This document shows, piece after piece, positions 37,365 through 46,004 of a stretch of DNA of 64,000 nt. Origin of the DNA: Patescibacteria group bacterium. GTDB taxonomy: Bacteria > Patescibacteriota > Microgenomatia > UBA1406 > GWC2-37-13. The notes below the pieces were generated by a model that worked only from the letters and a program-made list of their open reading frames with translations, was not told the DNA's origin and searched no databases. The first letter of the stretch is position 1, and the number at the start of each line of letters is the position of its first letter. The stretch covers positions 22,558 through 86,557 of the forward strand of contig JBBTSR010000001.1 in NCBI GenBank assembly GCA_038064615.1. Direction: 5' to 3'. A program made the position numbers and the translations under genes.

Positions 37365-38073
37365 TTTTTTCCACTTTAAAACTAAAGTAGCTGTCTTTGG
37401 CAATAATTAAATGGTCGGAGACTTCAATTCCCAACAACTTGCCTGCCTTAACTAAATTTTTCGTAATTATCAAGTCGTCTTCTGATGGTTTTAATTCCCC
37501 TGACGGGTGATTGTGGCAAATAATAATTGTGGCCGCGTGATTTTTAATGGCCGTTTCAAAAGTTTCCCGGGGATGAATTAAACTGGAATTTAAGGTTCCA
37601 ACTGAAACCGTATCAACATTAATTACTTTGTTGCGGTTATCCAAAGAAGCCACTATAAAATATTCCTTATGAAAATTAATAACTTTTTCTTTCAAAAGCG
37701 GAAATATATCCTTTGGAGATTTTATAATCACGTTTTTATTTTTATTTAATTTTTCCTCCTCAACTAAACGCTTTGATATTTCAAAACAGGCTTTTAATTG
37801 ACAGGCTTTGGCTAAACCCAATCCTTTGATCTTCTTTAACTCTTCAACCGATGCTTCAGACAGTTGATCTAACGAACCAAACGTGCTAATTAGCTTTTGA
37901 GAAATACTAACGACCGACTGCCCCTTAACCCCCCGGCCAAAAATCAAAGATAATAATTCCTGAAGAGACAGCGATTCAACGCCGTATTTAACAAGCCTTT
38001 CCCGCGGCCGCTCATTAACTGGAAGATCATGCAAAGTATAGGATTTAATATTATTCATTATCCAATTACGCAT
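37357..38073 (-). CDS. radC: RadC-family JAB-domain protein
   Basis: 238 aa. HhH region ...LKKIKGLGLAKA... and JAMM-like ...ICHNHPSGELKPSEDD.... The start may be M at 38058. Confidence 0.85.
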   Translation of the reverse strand: MRNWIMNNIKSYTLHDLPVNERPRERLVKYGVESLSLQELLSLIFGRGVKGQSVVSISQKLISTFGSLDQLSEASVEELKKIKGLGLAKACQLKACFEISKRLVEEEKLNKNKNVIIKSPKDIFPLLKEKVINFHKEYFIVASLDNRNKVINVDTVSVGTLNSSLIHPRETFETAIKNHAATIIICHNHPSGELKPSEDDLIITKNLVKAGKLLGIEVSDHLIIAKDSYFSFKVEKII

Positions 38074-38193
38074 TTCGAATTACGTATTAATTCGTAATAA
38101 GAAATTCGTAATTAAATAATTATTTAATAATGTATCTTAATAGTCCACCGCTTATAACCTACAAAAGTGAAAGTTTAGATTGTTGTGAGGGTA

Positions 38194-38448
38194 TTATTTA
38201 TATATTCCTTGGCGATGTCCAATTTGGACAATGATGACCAAAAGAACATTTTTGATTATTTTATATACTATCCTATACGGCCAAACTCTGTAATTATAGT
38301 AACCAAAAAATTCTCCTCTCATTTTTTTCCCAATAAATGGGTTCGCTTGAAGAATTGGTAGTATATTTAAAATTCTTTTTTGATACTGTAACGGGATATT
38401 ATCAAGTTCTTTTTTTGCTCTTTTTTCGAACTGTATCTGCCACACCAT
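38194..38448 (-). CDS. RelE/ParE-family toxin
   Basis: Reads MVWQIQFEKRAKKELDNIP...YRVWPYRIVYKI...IVQIGHRQGIYK. The ATG at 38448 is preferred over the track start 38484. Confidence 0.7.
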   Translation of the reverse strand: MVWQIQFEKRAKKELDNIPLQYQKRILNILPILQANPFIGKKMRGEFFGYYNYRVWPYRIVYKIIKNVLLVIIVQIGHRQGIYK

Positions 38449-38761
38449 ATTTAATTTTGCCTTTATCGGCCAACATATAACCATGTTCCATCATTACCTC
38501 TTCTAAAGTTGGGTAATTTTTATATTCTCCTGATTTTATATCTCTTTCAACTTGATCTATATTTTTTTTCAAGTCAGGACAATCTATGAGAACTTCGATG
38601 GTTTCTTTTAAGGAGTCGTATTCTTCAAAGGATATGATAATTACTTTTGATTTACCCTTTTCAGTCAAAGTATAAACTCGCCCAGGAGTTTGAACATCTC
38701 TAGCGATCTGGAAAAGCCTTTTTCTCGCTTCGGTAATAGAAATAGTGGTTGTTTGATCCAT
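38402..38761 (-). CDS. Phd/YefM-family antitoxin
   Basis: 119 aa. N-terminal ...ISITEARKRLFQIARDV...VYTLTEKGKSKVIIISFEEYDSL.... Lies upstream of and overlapping the toxin gene. Confidence 0.75.
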   Translation of the reverse strand: MDQTTTISITEARKRLFQIARDVQTPGRVYTLTEKGKSKVIIISFEEYDSLKETIEVLIDCPDLKKNIDQVERDIKSGEYKNYPTLEEVMMEHGYMLADKGKIKYGVADTVRKKSKKRT

Positions 38762-38879
38762 ATATGTACATATTAACGTACATCCAAGGAGATTTCAATA
38801 GAAAATTGAGGTTTGGAAAAATCGCTTGAAAAGAAGAAGAAGAGGTAACATAAACTAATTATTATTTCCAAAATGTTTT

Positions 38880-39503
38880 ATGCTCGACGATATTCATCCG
38901 CCCGAAGATGCTGAAATCGTTATAGGCGGTGCTGAAAAAGTTATGCCGGCAGTTGAATCTACTGGAAGAATTGTTAGAGAAGAAATGGCTAAATTAAGTG
39001 ATCAGATTGTTCAGAGTATGCCTGAAGTCGGCAGTTTTGCTCGAGTTTTTGGTGAAAAAGATGAGGGAGGGTTTATTATTCTCAAGGAACCTGTTGTTAT
39101 TCCAGATGCTCCGGTAGGAACTGATGGACAGCTAAGAAAAGGTCTTGCTATCATAACCCCAGATGGTTTTAAGGTTTATTTAAGAAATCCAAGTAATGTT
39201 ATTATGAAAACTGATGATGATTTAATTATGTTCCCAAACTTAGTTTCTGAGGCGGAAGTTAAAGGAGACATATATAGATATCAGTTGATTGATGGTAAAC
39301 CTTTTATTGTTAACCAAAAAAATTCTTCTCAATGTTTAGAATTATTTGAATCGGCTGATGACAACGTACCTTTAAAGGCAATTAGTGCCAGTATTTCAAA
39401 AGCCCAAGAGGGACCAAAACAAACAATTGCAAGAAATCAAGCCTCAATTAGAGCAGCCAACGCAAGTCAGGCAGTGCTCTCTACAGCTGCAATTTCAAAG
39501 TAA
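38880..39503 (+). CDS. hypothetical protein
   Basis: 207-aa ORF with no recognisable motif. Confidence 0.45.
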   Translation: MLDDIHPPEDAEIVIGGAEKVMPAVESTGRIVREEMAKLSDQIVQSMPEVGSFARVFGEKDEGGFIILKEPVVIPDAPVGTDGQLRKGLAIITPDGFKVYLRNPSNVIMKTDDDLIMFPNLVSEAEVKGDIYRYQLIDGKPFIVNQKNSSQCLELFESADDNVPLKAISASISKAQEGPKQTIARNQASIRAANASQAVLSTAAISK

Positions 39504-39515
39504 TAATTTAATTTG

Positions 39516-39586
39516 TGGACCTACGGGGAATTGAACCCCGCCCTCATCCATGCCATGGATGCATTCTACCGATGAACTATAGGCCC
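39516..39586 (-). tRNA. tRNA-Ala (anticodon GGC), no encoded CCA
   Basis: Acceptor GGGCCTA/TAGGTCC with the G3:U70 alanine identity pair. Anticodon arm CATCC-ATGGCAT-GGATG and T arm CGGGG-TTCAATT-CCCCG. Short D and variable loops. Confidence 0.85.
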
Positions 39587-39683
39587 TGGAAAAAATATTA
39601 AATATTAAATCTCAAATATCAAACATATTATAACATCGCCTAATGTATTTTCGATATAAAAAAATATTGCTATATTAATCTTT

Positions 39684-39721
39684 CTTTATAAACTTTATAA
39701 CTTTATAAACTTTATGAACTC
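39684..39721. repeat. array of four CTTTAT(A/G)AA-type 8-9-mers (one half-block of the intergenic word family)
   Basis: ctttataaa ctttataa ctttataaa ctttatgaa ctc. Confidence 0.7.
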
Positions 39722-39741
39722 TTTTTCGTTATACTAAATTT

Positions 39742-40551
39742 ATGGAGCAACATGCGATCCCTCGGCAGATTACCAGTTTTGAATTCAAATTGATTGGTTT
39801 TTTGACGATTAAACAATTTATTTACTTACTTATTTCTATTCCTATTGGACTATTGATTATCTATACTTTTCCTGTTCCTATCTTAAAATATTTTTTAGGT
39901 ATAATCGTTGCTCTAATTGGCGTCGCTTTTGCTTTTATCCCAATTAATGACCGGCCGATGGAGGTCTGGGTAAAAAACTTAATAAAAAGGTTGTCTTCTC
40001 CGACCCAATATTTTTTTAAAAAACAAAATCCGGCTATATATTTTTTAAAAAATTTAGTTTTTACAAATGATCCTCACCGGGTTATGGCACACATCGATTC
40101 ACAACAAAAATTGTCGAAATATTTGAATATTAAAGCTCCAGCTAATAATAGAAATAGAAATCAAGAAATCAGCAATCTTTTCACCGACTCATTTTCAACC
40201 TTGTTGGGCAAAAAAAAATTACAGACAAAAGTGACCTCTCTCACCCCTAACTCCTATCCCCTAAACCCTGATATCAAAACTCCCTTTCTCACGGGATTAA
40301 TAAAAAATTATAAGCAAACTGTTTTGACTGGAATTATGGTATACATAAAAAAAGAGCCTAATAGCGATCCAATCAGAATATTGAAAACTAATTCTCATGG
40401 AATTTTTGCTACTTACAATCCCCTTCCTCCGTCTGAATATGTTTTTGAAGTCAAAGATCCCAAAGGGAATTTCTTTTTTGATACAATGAAAGTTAAGGTT
40501 GAAAATATTAATGAAAAGCCAGTTGAGATAATTTCAAGAGAAATGATGTAA
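39742..40551 (+). CDS. PrgI-like (VirB3-like) T4SS membrane protein with a beta-sandwich-like C-terminal domain
   Basis: 269 aa. The N-terminal ...AIPRQITSFEFKLIGFLTIKQFIYLLISIP... pattern plus two TM segments is typical of PrgI-family proteins found next to VirB4. Confidence 0.6.
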   Translation: MEQHAIPRQITSFEFKLIGFLTIKQFIYLLISIPIGLLIIYTFPVPILKYFLGIIVALIGVAFAFIPINDRPMEVWVKNLIKRLSSPTQYFFKKQNPAIYFLKNLVFTNDPHRVMAHIDSQQKLSKYLNIKAPANNRNRNQEISNLFTDSFSTLLGKKKLQTKVTSLTPNSYPLNPDIKTPFLTGLIKNYKQTVLTGIMVYIKKEPNSDPIRILKTNSHGIFATYNPLPPSEYVFEVKDPKGNFFFDTMKVKVENINEKPVEIISREMM

Positions 40552-40555
40552 AAAT

Positions 40556-41209
40556 ATGTCCACAACTAAACCAACGTCACCTGTTAAGGCCTCAACTCAA
40601 TCTTTTATTGAAATAGAAGAGATAAAGGATGACGTTGTTCTGATGAAAGATTTTTCTGCAGCGGCCGTTATTGAAGTCGGGGCTGTAAATTTTTGGCTTC
40701 TATCAACTGAGGAGCAATCGTCGATGATCTATGCCTATTCCGAATTATTAAATTCGTTATCTTTTCCTGTTCAAATCCTGATTCTCTCTAAAAAAATTGA
40801 TGTTTCAACATATTTAGACTATCTTGAAGAAAAAATAAATAAACAAAGTCTCGATATTTTGAAAAAAAGAATGATAGGTTACCGGGAATTTATCAAAAGT
40901 GTTATTAAAATAAATACGGTTTTGGAAAAACGCTTTTTTTTCGTTGTTCCTTTTTCGCCACTTGAAATGGGAGTCTCAGGTGCTAATCCTGGCTCACTAA
41001 ATAAAGAATATGTTTTTACCCGAGCCAAAACTGCCCTTTATCCAAAGCGGGATAATTTACTCCGATTAATCACAAAGATCGGTCTAAAAGGTAGTATTTT
41101 ACAACGTCAAGAGTTAACTGAACTTTATTATAATCTTTATAACCCTTCGGCGACCGGTCGTCGACTAGCCCCAATTGAAAGTTATACGGATGTTATTATG
41201 AGTTCGTAA
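40556..41209 (+). CDS. T4SS-associated protein resembling an ATPase-less VirB4 N-terminal domain
   Basis: 217 aa. ...IEIEEIKDDVVLMKDFSAAAVIEVGAVNFWLLSTEEQSSMIYAYSELLNSLSFPVQILI... parallels the N-terminal region of the downstream VirB4-like protein. Confidence 0.4.
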   Translation: MSTTKPTSPVKASTQSFIEIEEIKDDVVLMKDFSAAAVIEVGAVNFWLLSTEEQSSMIYAYSELLNSLSFPVQILILSKKIDVSTYLDYLEEKINKQSLDILKKRMIGYREFIKSVIKINTVLEKRFFFVVPFSPLEMGVSGANPGSLNKEYVFTRAKTALYPKRDNLLRLITKIGLKGSILQRQELTELYYNLYNPSATGRRLAPIESYTDVIMSS

Positions 41210-41280
41210 AGTTATAAAGTTCGTCAAGTTTATCAAGAAAAACCACTTGATAAACTTTATAACTTGAAACTTGACAAACT
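41201..41280. repeat. inverted block array of 8-9-mer words (AGTT..TCA x3 / CTTGA.AAA x4) with core palindrome GTTTATCAAG-N8-CTTGATAAAC
   Basis: agttcgtaa agttataa agttcgtca agtttatca ag aaaaaccac ttgataaa ctttataa cttgaaa cttgacaaa ct. Confidence 0.75.
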
Positions 41281-41285
41281 AATTT

Positions 41286-43049
41286 ATGTTCAACCTTTTT
41301 CCCAAATCTAAAAACAATCAAACCTCTACCAACAAAGTCAATTCTATTGGTAATAACAACATGGCTGATTTTTTGGCGGCCGGTTCCGTTTCTACTAAAG
41401 ATTTAATTGCTCCGTCTTATGTTGAGGTAGATTTTAATAGTTTAAAGATTGATGATAAATTTTACCGAACTTTGTACGTTGTTGGCTATCCTCGTTATGT
41501 TTCCCCAAACTGGCTTTATTCTTTAATAACTTTTGACCATCCTCTCTATATCTCTATGTATATCTATCCAACTGAGTCAAAAAATGTTCTTGATGATATG
41601 AAAAGAAAGATTGCTGAGATGGAGGCAACTATTGAAGGTGATATTAAAGCCGGTAAAGTGGTTGACCCGACCGTTCAAGTTGCTCTCGACGACGCTCTTT
41701 CTCTTCAAGCGGAACTGGCAAAAGGGGCGGAAAGATTCTTCCAATTTGGACTTTATGTAACTATTCCCGCTGATTCGCTCGAAGAACTAAATAGAATTAC
41801 CAAAGAAATTGATTCGGTTCTATCGTCTCTTTTAATTACTTCCCGCCAGGCAACTTTAGAAATGGAAGAAGGGTTTAAGTCAACTCTGCCAATTTTTTAT
41901 GATAAATTAGGAGTCTGGCGCAATATGGATACAACGTCCTTAGCAACAACCTTTCCGTTTGCTACAGCCTCTCTCACCCGCAACGAGGGCATTCTTTATG
42001 GTCTTAACCAACATGATGGTTCTCTAATTATTTTTGATCGATTTACCTTAGAAAATGCCAATTCAGTTATTTTGGGAAAATCTGGTGGAGGAAAAAGCTT
42101 CATGGTCAAGCTTGAAGCCCTAAGATTGTTGATGATGGGAACCGATGTAATTATTATTGATCCGGAAAATGAGTATGAAAAATTGGTGCCAGCCGTTGGC
42201 GGAGAGTATGTAGTTTTTTCTTCATCATCCAGTTATAAAATTAACCCATTTGATTTGGAAAAAACCAACGCGGGCCCGGATGAGTTATCTAACAAAATTC
42301 TCGACCTTCATTCTTTGATGCGGGTAATTATGGGGGGGCTTACTCCTTCTCAAGACGCTATGTTGGACAGAGCTTTAGTTTTAACTTACCGAGAAAAAGG
42401 AATCACTCAAGATCCGGAAACGTTTTCACTTGAGCCGCCTCTCCTTGAAGATCTTTTTAAAGTATTTGCCGGTATGGAAACCCCTGAATCAAAAGAAATG
42501 GCTGACCGATTAGAAAAGTTTGTCTCCGGCTCTGCCGCCGGCATCTTTAATCAGCATTCAAACTTTGATATAAAAAATCCTTTTACTGTTTTTGGTATCC
42601 GCGACCTGGAAGAAAATTTGCGGCCGGTGGCCATGTATATTGTTTTGGACTATATCTGGAATCGGGTCCGTCGGGAAAAGAAAAAAAGGGTTTTGATTGT
42701 TGACGAGGCCTGGTATCTAATTAAACAAAAAGATTCAGGAGCCTATCTTCACTCTTTTGCTAAGCGAGCTCGAAAATATCATTTAGGGTTAACAACAATT
42801 ACTCAAGACGTTGAGGATTTTCTATCAACTGACGAAGGAAAAGCCATTATTACTAACTCGTCGCTCCAGATAATTTTAAAGCAGTCAACGGCCGCAGTTG
42901 AGTTAATTGCCAAGACTTTCTTTTTGACCGGGGGAGAAAAACATTTCTTACTCCAAGCTGGAGTTGGAGAAGGCCTTTTCTTCGCCGGCCACAATCACGT
43001 TGGTTTTAAAGTAATTGCTTCTGAGGAAGAAAAAGGACTTATTGAATAA
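41286..43049 (+). CDS. VirB4/TrbE-like T4SS ATPase
   Basis: 587 aa. Walker A ILGKSGGGKSFMVK, Walker B VLIVDEAWYL and ...RKYHLGLTTITQ.... Confidence 0.85.
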   Translation: MFNLFPKSKNNQTSTNKVNSIGNNNMADFLAAGSVSTKDLIAPSYVEVDFNSLKIDDKFYRTLYVVGYPRYVSPNWLYSLITFDHPLYISMYIYPTESKNVLDDMKRKIAEMEATIEGDIKAGKVVDPTVQVALDDALSLQAELAKGAERFFQFGLYVTIPADSLEELNRITKEIDSVLSSLLITSRQATLEMEEGFKSTLPIFYDKLGVWRNMDTTSLATTFPFATASLTRNEGILYGLNQHDGSLIIFDRFTLENANSVILGKSGGGKSFMVKLEALRLLMMGTDVIIIDPENEYEKLVPAVGGEYVVFSSSSSYKINPFDLEKTNAGPDELSNKILDLHSLMRVIMGGLTPSQDAMLDRALVLTYREKGITQDPETFSLEPPLLEDLFKVFAGMETPESKEMADRLEKFVSGSAAGIFNQHSNFDIKNPFTVFGIRDLEENLRPVAMYIVLDYIWNRVRREKKKRVLIVDEAWYLIKQKDSGAYLHSFAKRARKYHLGLTTITQDVEDFLSTDEGKAIITNSSLQIILKQSTAAVELIAKTFFLTGGEKHFLLQAGVGEGLFFAGHNHVGFKVIASEEEKGLIE

Positions 43050-43067
43050 TCTGTACATCTGTACAAC

Positions 43068-43096
43068 TTGACAACTTTTTTAAATTTCTTTATAAT
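43068..43096 (+). promoter_or_regulatory. consensus sigma70 promoter TTGACA-17-TATAAT, 8 nt upstream of the antitoxin ATG
   Basis: Preceded by TCTGTACA TCTGTACA ACTTGACAA words. Confidence 0.65.
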
Positions 43097-43104
43097 TACT
43101 CCGT

Positions 43105-43374
43105 ATGAAAAAAACCAGCGTTTATTTACTCCGTGATAATTTAGCTTCTTATTTAGACGAGGTAATAAAAACTGAAGTTCCTTTAGTGGTTTATAAATAT
43201 AAAAAGCCAATTGCGGTTATTATGCCTCCTAAAAAAGAATTGATTGAAGATGATATTGATGAATTCTTTGGCTTCTTACCTGGAAATGAAACAGGTGTAG
43301 AGTTTGTTAACCGAGTTAGACGCAATAAAAAAGAAAGGGAATATGTTAAAAAACTTAGAAAAGGGATAACATGA
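43105..43374 (+). CDS. Phd/YefM-like antitoxin of VapC
   Basis: 89 aa. Its stop overlaps the toxin start (ATGA). Confidence 0.7.
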   Translation: MKKTSVYLLRDNLASYLDEVIKTEVPLVVYKYKKPIAVIMPPKKELIEDDIDEFFGFLPGNETGVEFVNRVRRNKKEREYVKKLRKGIT

Positions 43375-43757
43375 AGAAAATTTTTATTGATACAGACATA
43401 ATCATCTCATTTACCAAAGGTCATGCTATATTCTTAAAAGAGTTAATTAAGGAACAAAGAAATAATAAAATCGAACTAATTATTAACCCAGTTGTAGTTG
43501 CTGAATTTTTTACAGATAAAAATCTGAGTAACAACAAGAAGTATCAACAAGCAGTAAGACTTTTCCAAAATTTTACAGTATTGATTATTAATAAACAAAT
43601 AGGGTTTATTACTGGAGAATTATTAAGGAACAGTTTGACCGTCGCTATCGGTGATGCTATAATCGCCGCAACCTGTCTCGAAAACAAACTTGAATTAATC
43701 ACAAACAATCAAAAAGATTTTAAAAAAGTTAAAGGATTAAATTTCTACAAAGTTTGA
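43371..43757 (+). CDS. vapC: PIN-domain toxin VapC
   Basis: 128 aa. N-terminal IFIDTDIII and later ...GDAIIAAT.... Confidence 0.8.
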   Translation: MKKIFIDTDIIISFTKGHAIFLKELIKEQRNNKIELIINPVVVAEFFTDKNLSNNKKYQQAVRLFQNFTVLIINKQIGFITGELLRNSLTVAIGDAIIAATCLENKLELITNNQKDFKKVKGLNFYKV

Positions 43758-43764
43758 GATTATT

Positions 43765-44850
43765 TTATCTATACATCACTGGTTTTTCTGTTTGAGGAAG
43801 GACTAAACTCATTCTGCGTTCTTTTTTACTGACTCTTTCTATAAATGCTTTGATTTTCTGACCAATCTTAAGGTTTTCATCCCCTTTTAGTTTTGAAATA
43901 TGAATTAAGCCCTCAATCCCTGGTTCTAATTTAACAAAATAACCATATTTTTCTTTTCGAGTCACCTCACCATCAATCTCTTTATCTTTTGGATATTTTT
44001 CTTCAATTATCTCCCATGGGTCTTTTTGCAGTCTTTTAAGAGAAAGATTTAATTTAAAATCAGTCATGTTTTTTTCTACTACAAAGACATCTATTGTTTC
44101 ACCAACTGTCACAAATGAAGCCGCATTAGAAACCTTTTCCCATGAAATTTCAGAAATATGGATCAAACCTTCGACACCCTCAACTTCACAAAAGACGCCA
44201 AATTCTGAGGCCCCTAATACTTTGGCTTTATAAATTTTTCCTTCTTTTATTGCTTCAAATTTCTTTACCAAATCTTTATGAGAGATTTTCAAAACCGAGG
44301 CTTTTTGAGAAACGACCAAACGATTTTTTTCTTTATCAACTTCAAGAATCTTGACTTTGACTTTCTGGCCGCGCATCTTTTCCGGTTGGGAAATAAATGG
44401 TTCGGTTAGTTGAATTTTTGGAATAACTCCTCTTATTCCCATGAAGTTAATAAAGACTCCGCCTTTACCATATTCCCCACACAAAACATTAATTTCCTCT
44501 TCATTATCTCTCTTCTTAATAAGAATATCCCATTTCCCTTTATCAAAGAATTTTCGAAGTGAGACAACTGGAAAACCATTTTTTGACTCTTCGCTGATTA
44601 TTCTTACTAAAATAGTATCACCTTCATTAAGGTAAGGTAAATAAGTAGAAATTTCTTTTATTTCAAGCTCGCCTAAAATCGCCTGGGCTTTTCCACCAAC
44701 GTCGAAGATAATTCCTTTTTTTGATATGGAAGTGATTTTGGCCTCAATTTCCTTCCCTTTTTTAAGTAAGGCCGGTTTGGTTTTTTTAAGAAGCGAGTCC
44801 ATGATGTTCAGACTGACTTTTTTAGTTTTTGTTTTTTTTTCTTCCTTCAT
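43765..44850 (-). CDS. rpsA: S1 RNA-binding-domain protein (four S1 repeats; ribosomal protein S1-like)
   Basis: 361 aa. Repeated ...G.V..I...G.FV.....GLIHISE... modules. Confidence 0.7.
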   Translation of the reverse strand: MKEEKKTKTKKVSLNIMDSLLKKTKPALLKKGKEIEAKITSISKKGIIFDVGGKAQAILGELEIKEISTYLPYLNEGDTILVRIISEESKNGFPVVSLRKFFDKGKWDILIKKRDNEEEINVLCGEYGKGGVFINFMGIRGVIPKIQLTEPFISQPEKMRGQKVKVKILEVDKEKNRLVVSQKASVLKISHKDLVKKFEAIKEGKIYKAKVLGASEFGVFCEVEGVEGLIHISEISWEKVSNAASFVTVGETIDVFVVEKNMTDFKLNLSLKRLQKDPWEIIEEKYPKDKEIDGEVTRKEKYGYFVKLEPGIEGLIHISKLKGDENLKIGQKIKAFIERVSKKERRMSLVLPQTEKPVMYR

Positions 44851-44964
44851 TATTAATATTTCTCCTTTTCCCCAACTCCAAGACTAACAATATACCAAAC
44901 AAAAAGCTCATTATCAACCGAATCATTGATATTCCAAAAACTTTGTGTTATATTATAGGGTGTT

Positions 44965-45828
44965 ATGGAAAATATATTGCTTCCCTCTTTGGCTGACAGG
45001 TTTATAAAACACCTGGCATCCCAAGGAAAATCGTCTTTTACAATCGTGGCCTATAAGAAGGATCTTGAGCAATTTGTAGGATATTTGGCTACTCAGGAGA
45101 TTTCAGATATTAAAGAAGTCAAAACCGTTCATATTAATGGTTTTATTAATAAACTAATTACCGATGGTTATACAAAAAAGTCTGCTTCAAGAAAATTAAA
45201 TTCAATTAGAACATTTTTTCGTTATCTAAAAAATGACGATATAATTGAGCAGAATCCTTCTCTTGATGTTTCCCATCCAAAATATATCCAATCAGCCCCG
45301 AGAATCTTTTCTAAGTTGGAATATCGGGCTTTAAGGGATTTTGCCAAAGAAGAACCTCGAACTTATGCTCTTGTTGAGATTCTTCTTCAAACCGGCATAA
45401 AAATAGGAGAATTGGCCGGACTAAAGACTGAGGATATTAAGGAATCAACCATACATATTGTTCAATATGGAAAAACCCCAACTAGAGATATTCCTCTGAA
45501 TAAAGCAGTAAAGAAATCCGTAGAAGATTATCTCAAAGATCGATCTGCTCAAGAGAATGACGGTCATCTTTTTATTACCCGAACAGGCCATCCACTACTT
45601 ATTAGAAATATTCGTCAAATTATTTCCCGTTGTTTCCGGGAAGTAGGAATTGAAAAAGCGACCGTTAATGATTTTAGAAACACTTTTATTGCTCATCAAT
45701 TAAGAAATGGGGCCTCTGTAGAATATATTGCTCGATTAGTCGGCCACCGCAGGCTTTCTTCAACTGAGCGCTTCTTAAACGTTGTTAAGGAAGAGATTCA
45801 GAAAAAAGAGGGTTTGGGAGAGCTTTAA
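44965..45828 (+). CDS. XerC/XerD-like tyrosine-recombinase-fold protein lacking the canonical catalytic Arg, His and Tyr
   Basis: 287 aa. The N-terminal SAM-like domain is intact. Catalytic-domain blocks align without gaps but read TGIKIGEL (R to K), NDFRNTF (H to N, H to N) and GHRRLSSTERF (Y to F). Confidence 0.75.
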   Translation: MENILLPSLADRFIKHLASQGKSSFTIVAYKKDLEQFVGYLATQEISDIKEVKTVHINGFINKLITDGYTKKSASRKLNSIRTFFRYLKNDDIIEQNPSLDVSHPKYIQSAPRIFSKLEYRALRDFAKEEPRTYALVEILLQTGIKIGELAGLKTEDIKESTIHIVQYGKTPTRDIPLNKAVKKSVEDYLKDRSAQENDGHLFITRTGHPLLIRNIRQIISRCFREVGIEKATVNDFRNTFIAHQLRNGASVEYIARLVGHRRLSSTERFLNVVKEEIQKKEGLGEL

Positions 45829-45847
45829 TTCTCCGCAAACAGTTCTT

Positions 45848-45931
45848 CAAGTTATAAAGTTTGTCAAGTCTATCAAGAAAAACAGCGCTACTCCTTTATA
45901 ACTTTAAAAACTTGATGAACTTGATAAACTC
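45848..45931. repeat. inverted block array of the 8-9-mer word family
   Basis: caagttataa agtttgtca agtctatca ag aaaaacagcgctactc ctttataa ctttaaaaa cttgatgaa cttgataaa ctc. Confidence 0.75.
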
Positions 45932-45945
45932 TGCTATTTTTCTTC

Positions 45946-45974
45946 TTGACAATCGCTGTGGACTTGTTTATTAT
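45946..45974 (+). promoter_or_regulatory. dnaA promoter TTGACA-17-TATTAT
   Basis: -35 at 45946-45951 and -10 at 45969-45974. Confidence 0.55.
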
Positions 45975-45975
45975 T

Positions 45976-45994
45976 TGTGGATAAGTTATCCACA
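45976..45994. promoter_or_regulatory. two perfect consensus DnaA boxes in inverted orientation (TGTGGATAA g TTATCCACA)
   Basis: Exact matches to TTATCCACA at 45976-45984 (complement) and 45986-45994, between the -10 and the dnaA ATG. Confidence 0.8.
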
Positions 45995-46004
45995 TTGTTA
46001 AATT

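Larger units (their letters stand above)
45829..46004. other. candidate oriC module upstream of dnaA
   Basis: AT-rich word array, dnaA promoter and two perfect DnaA boxes. Confidence 0.55.
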
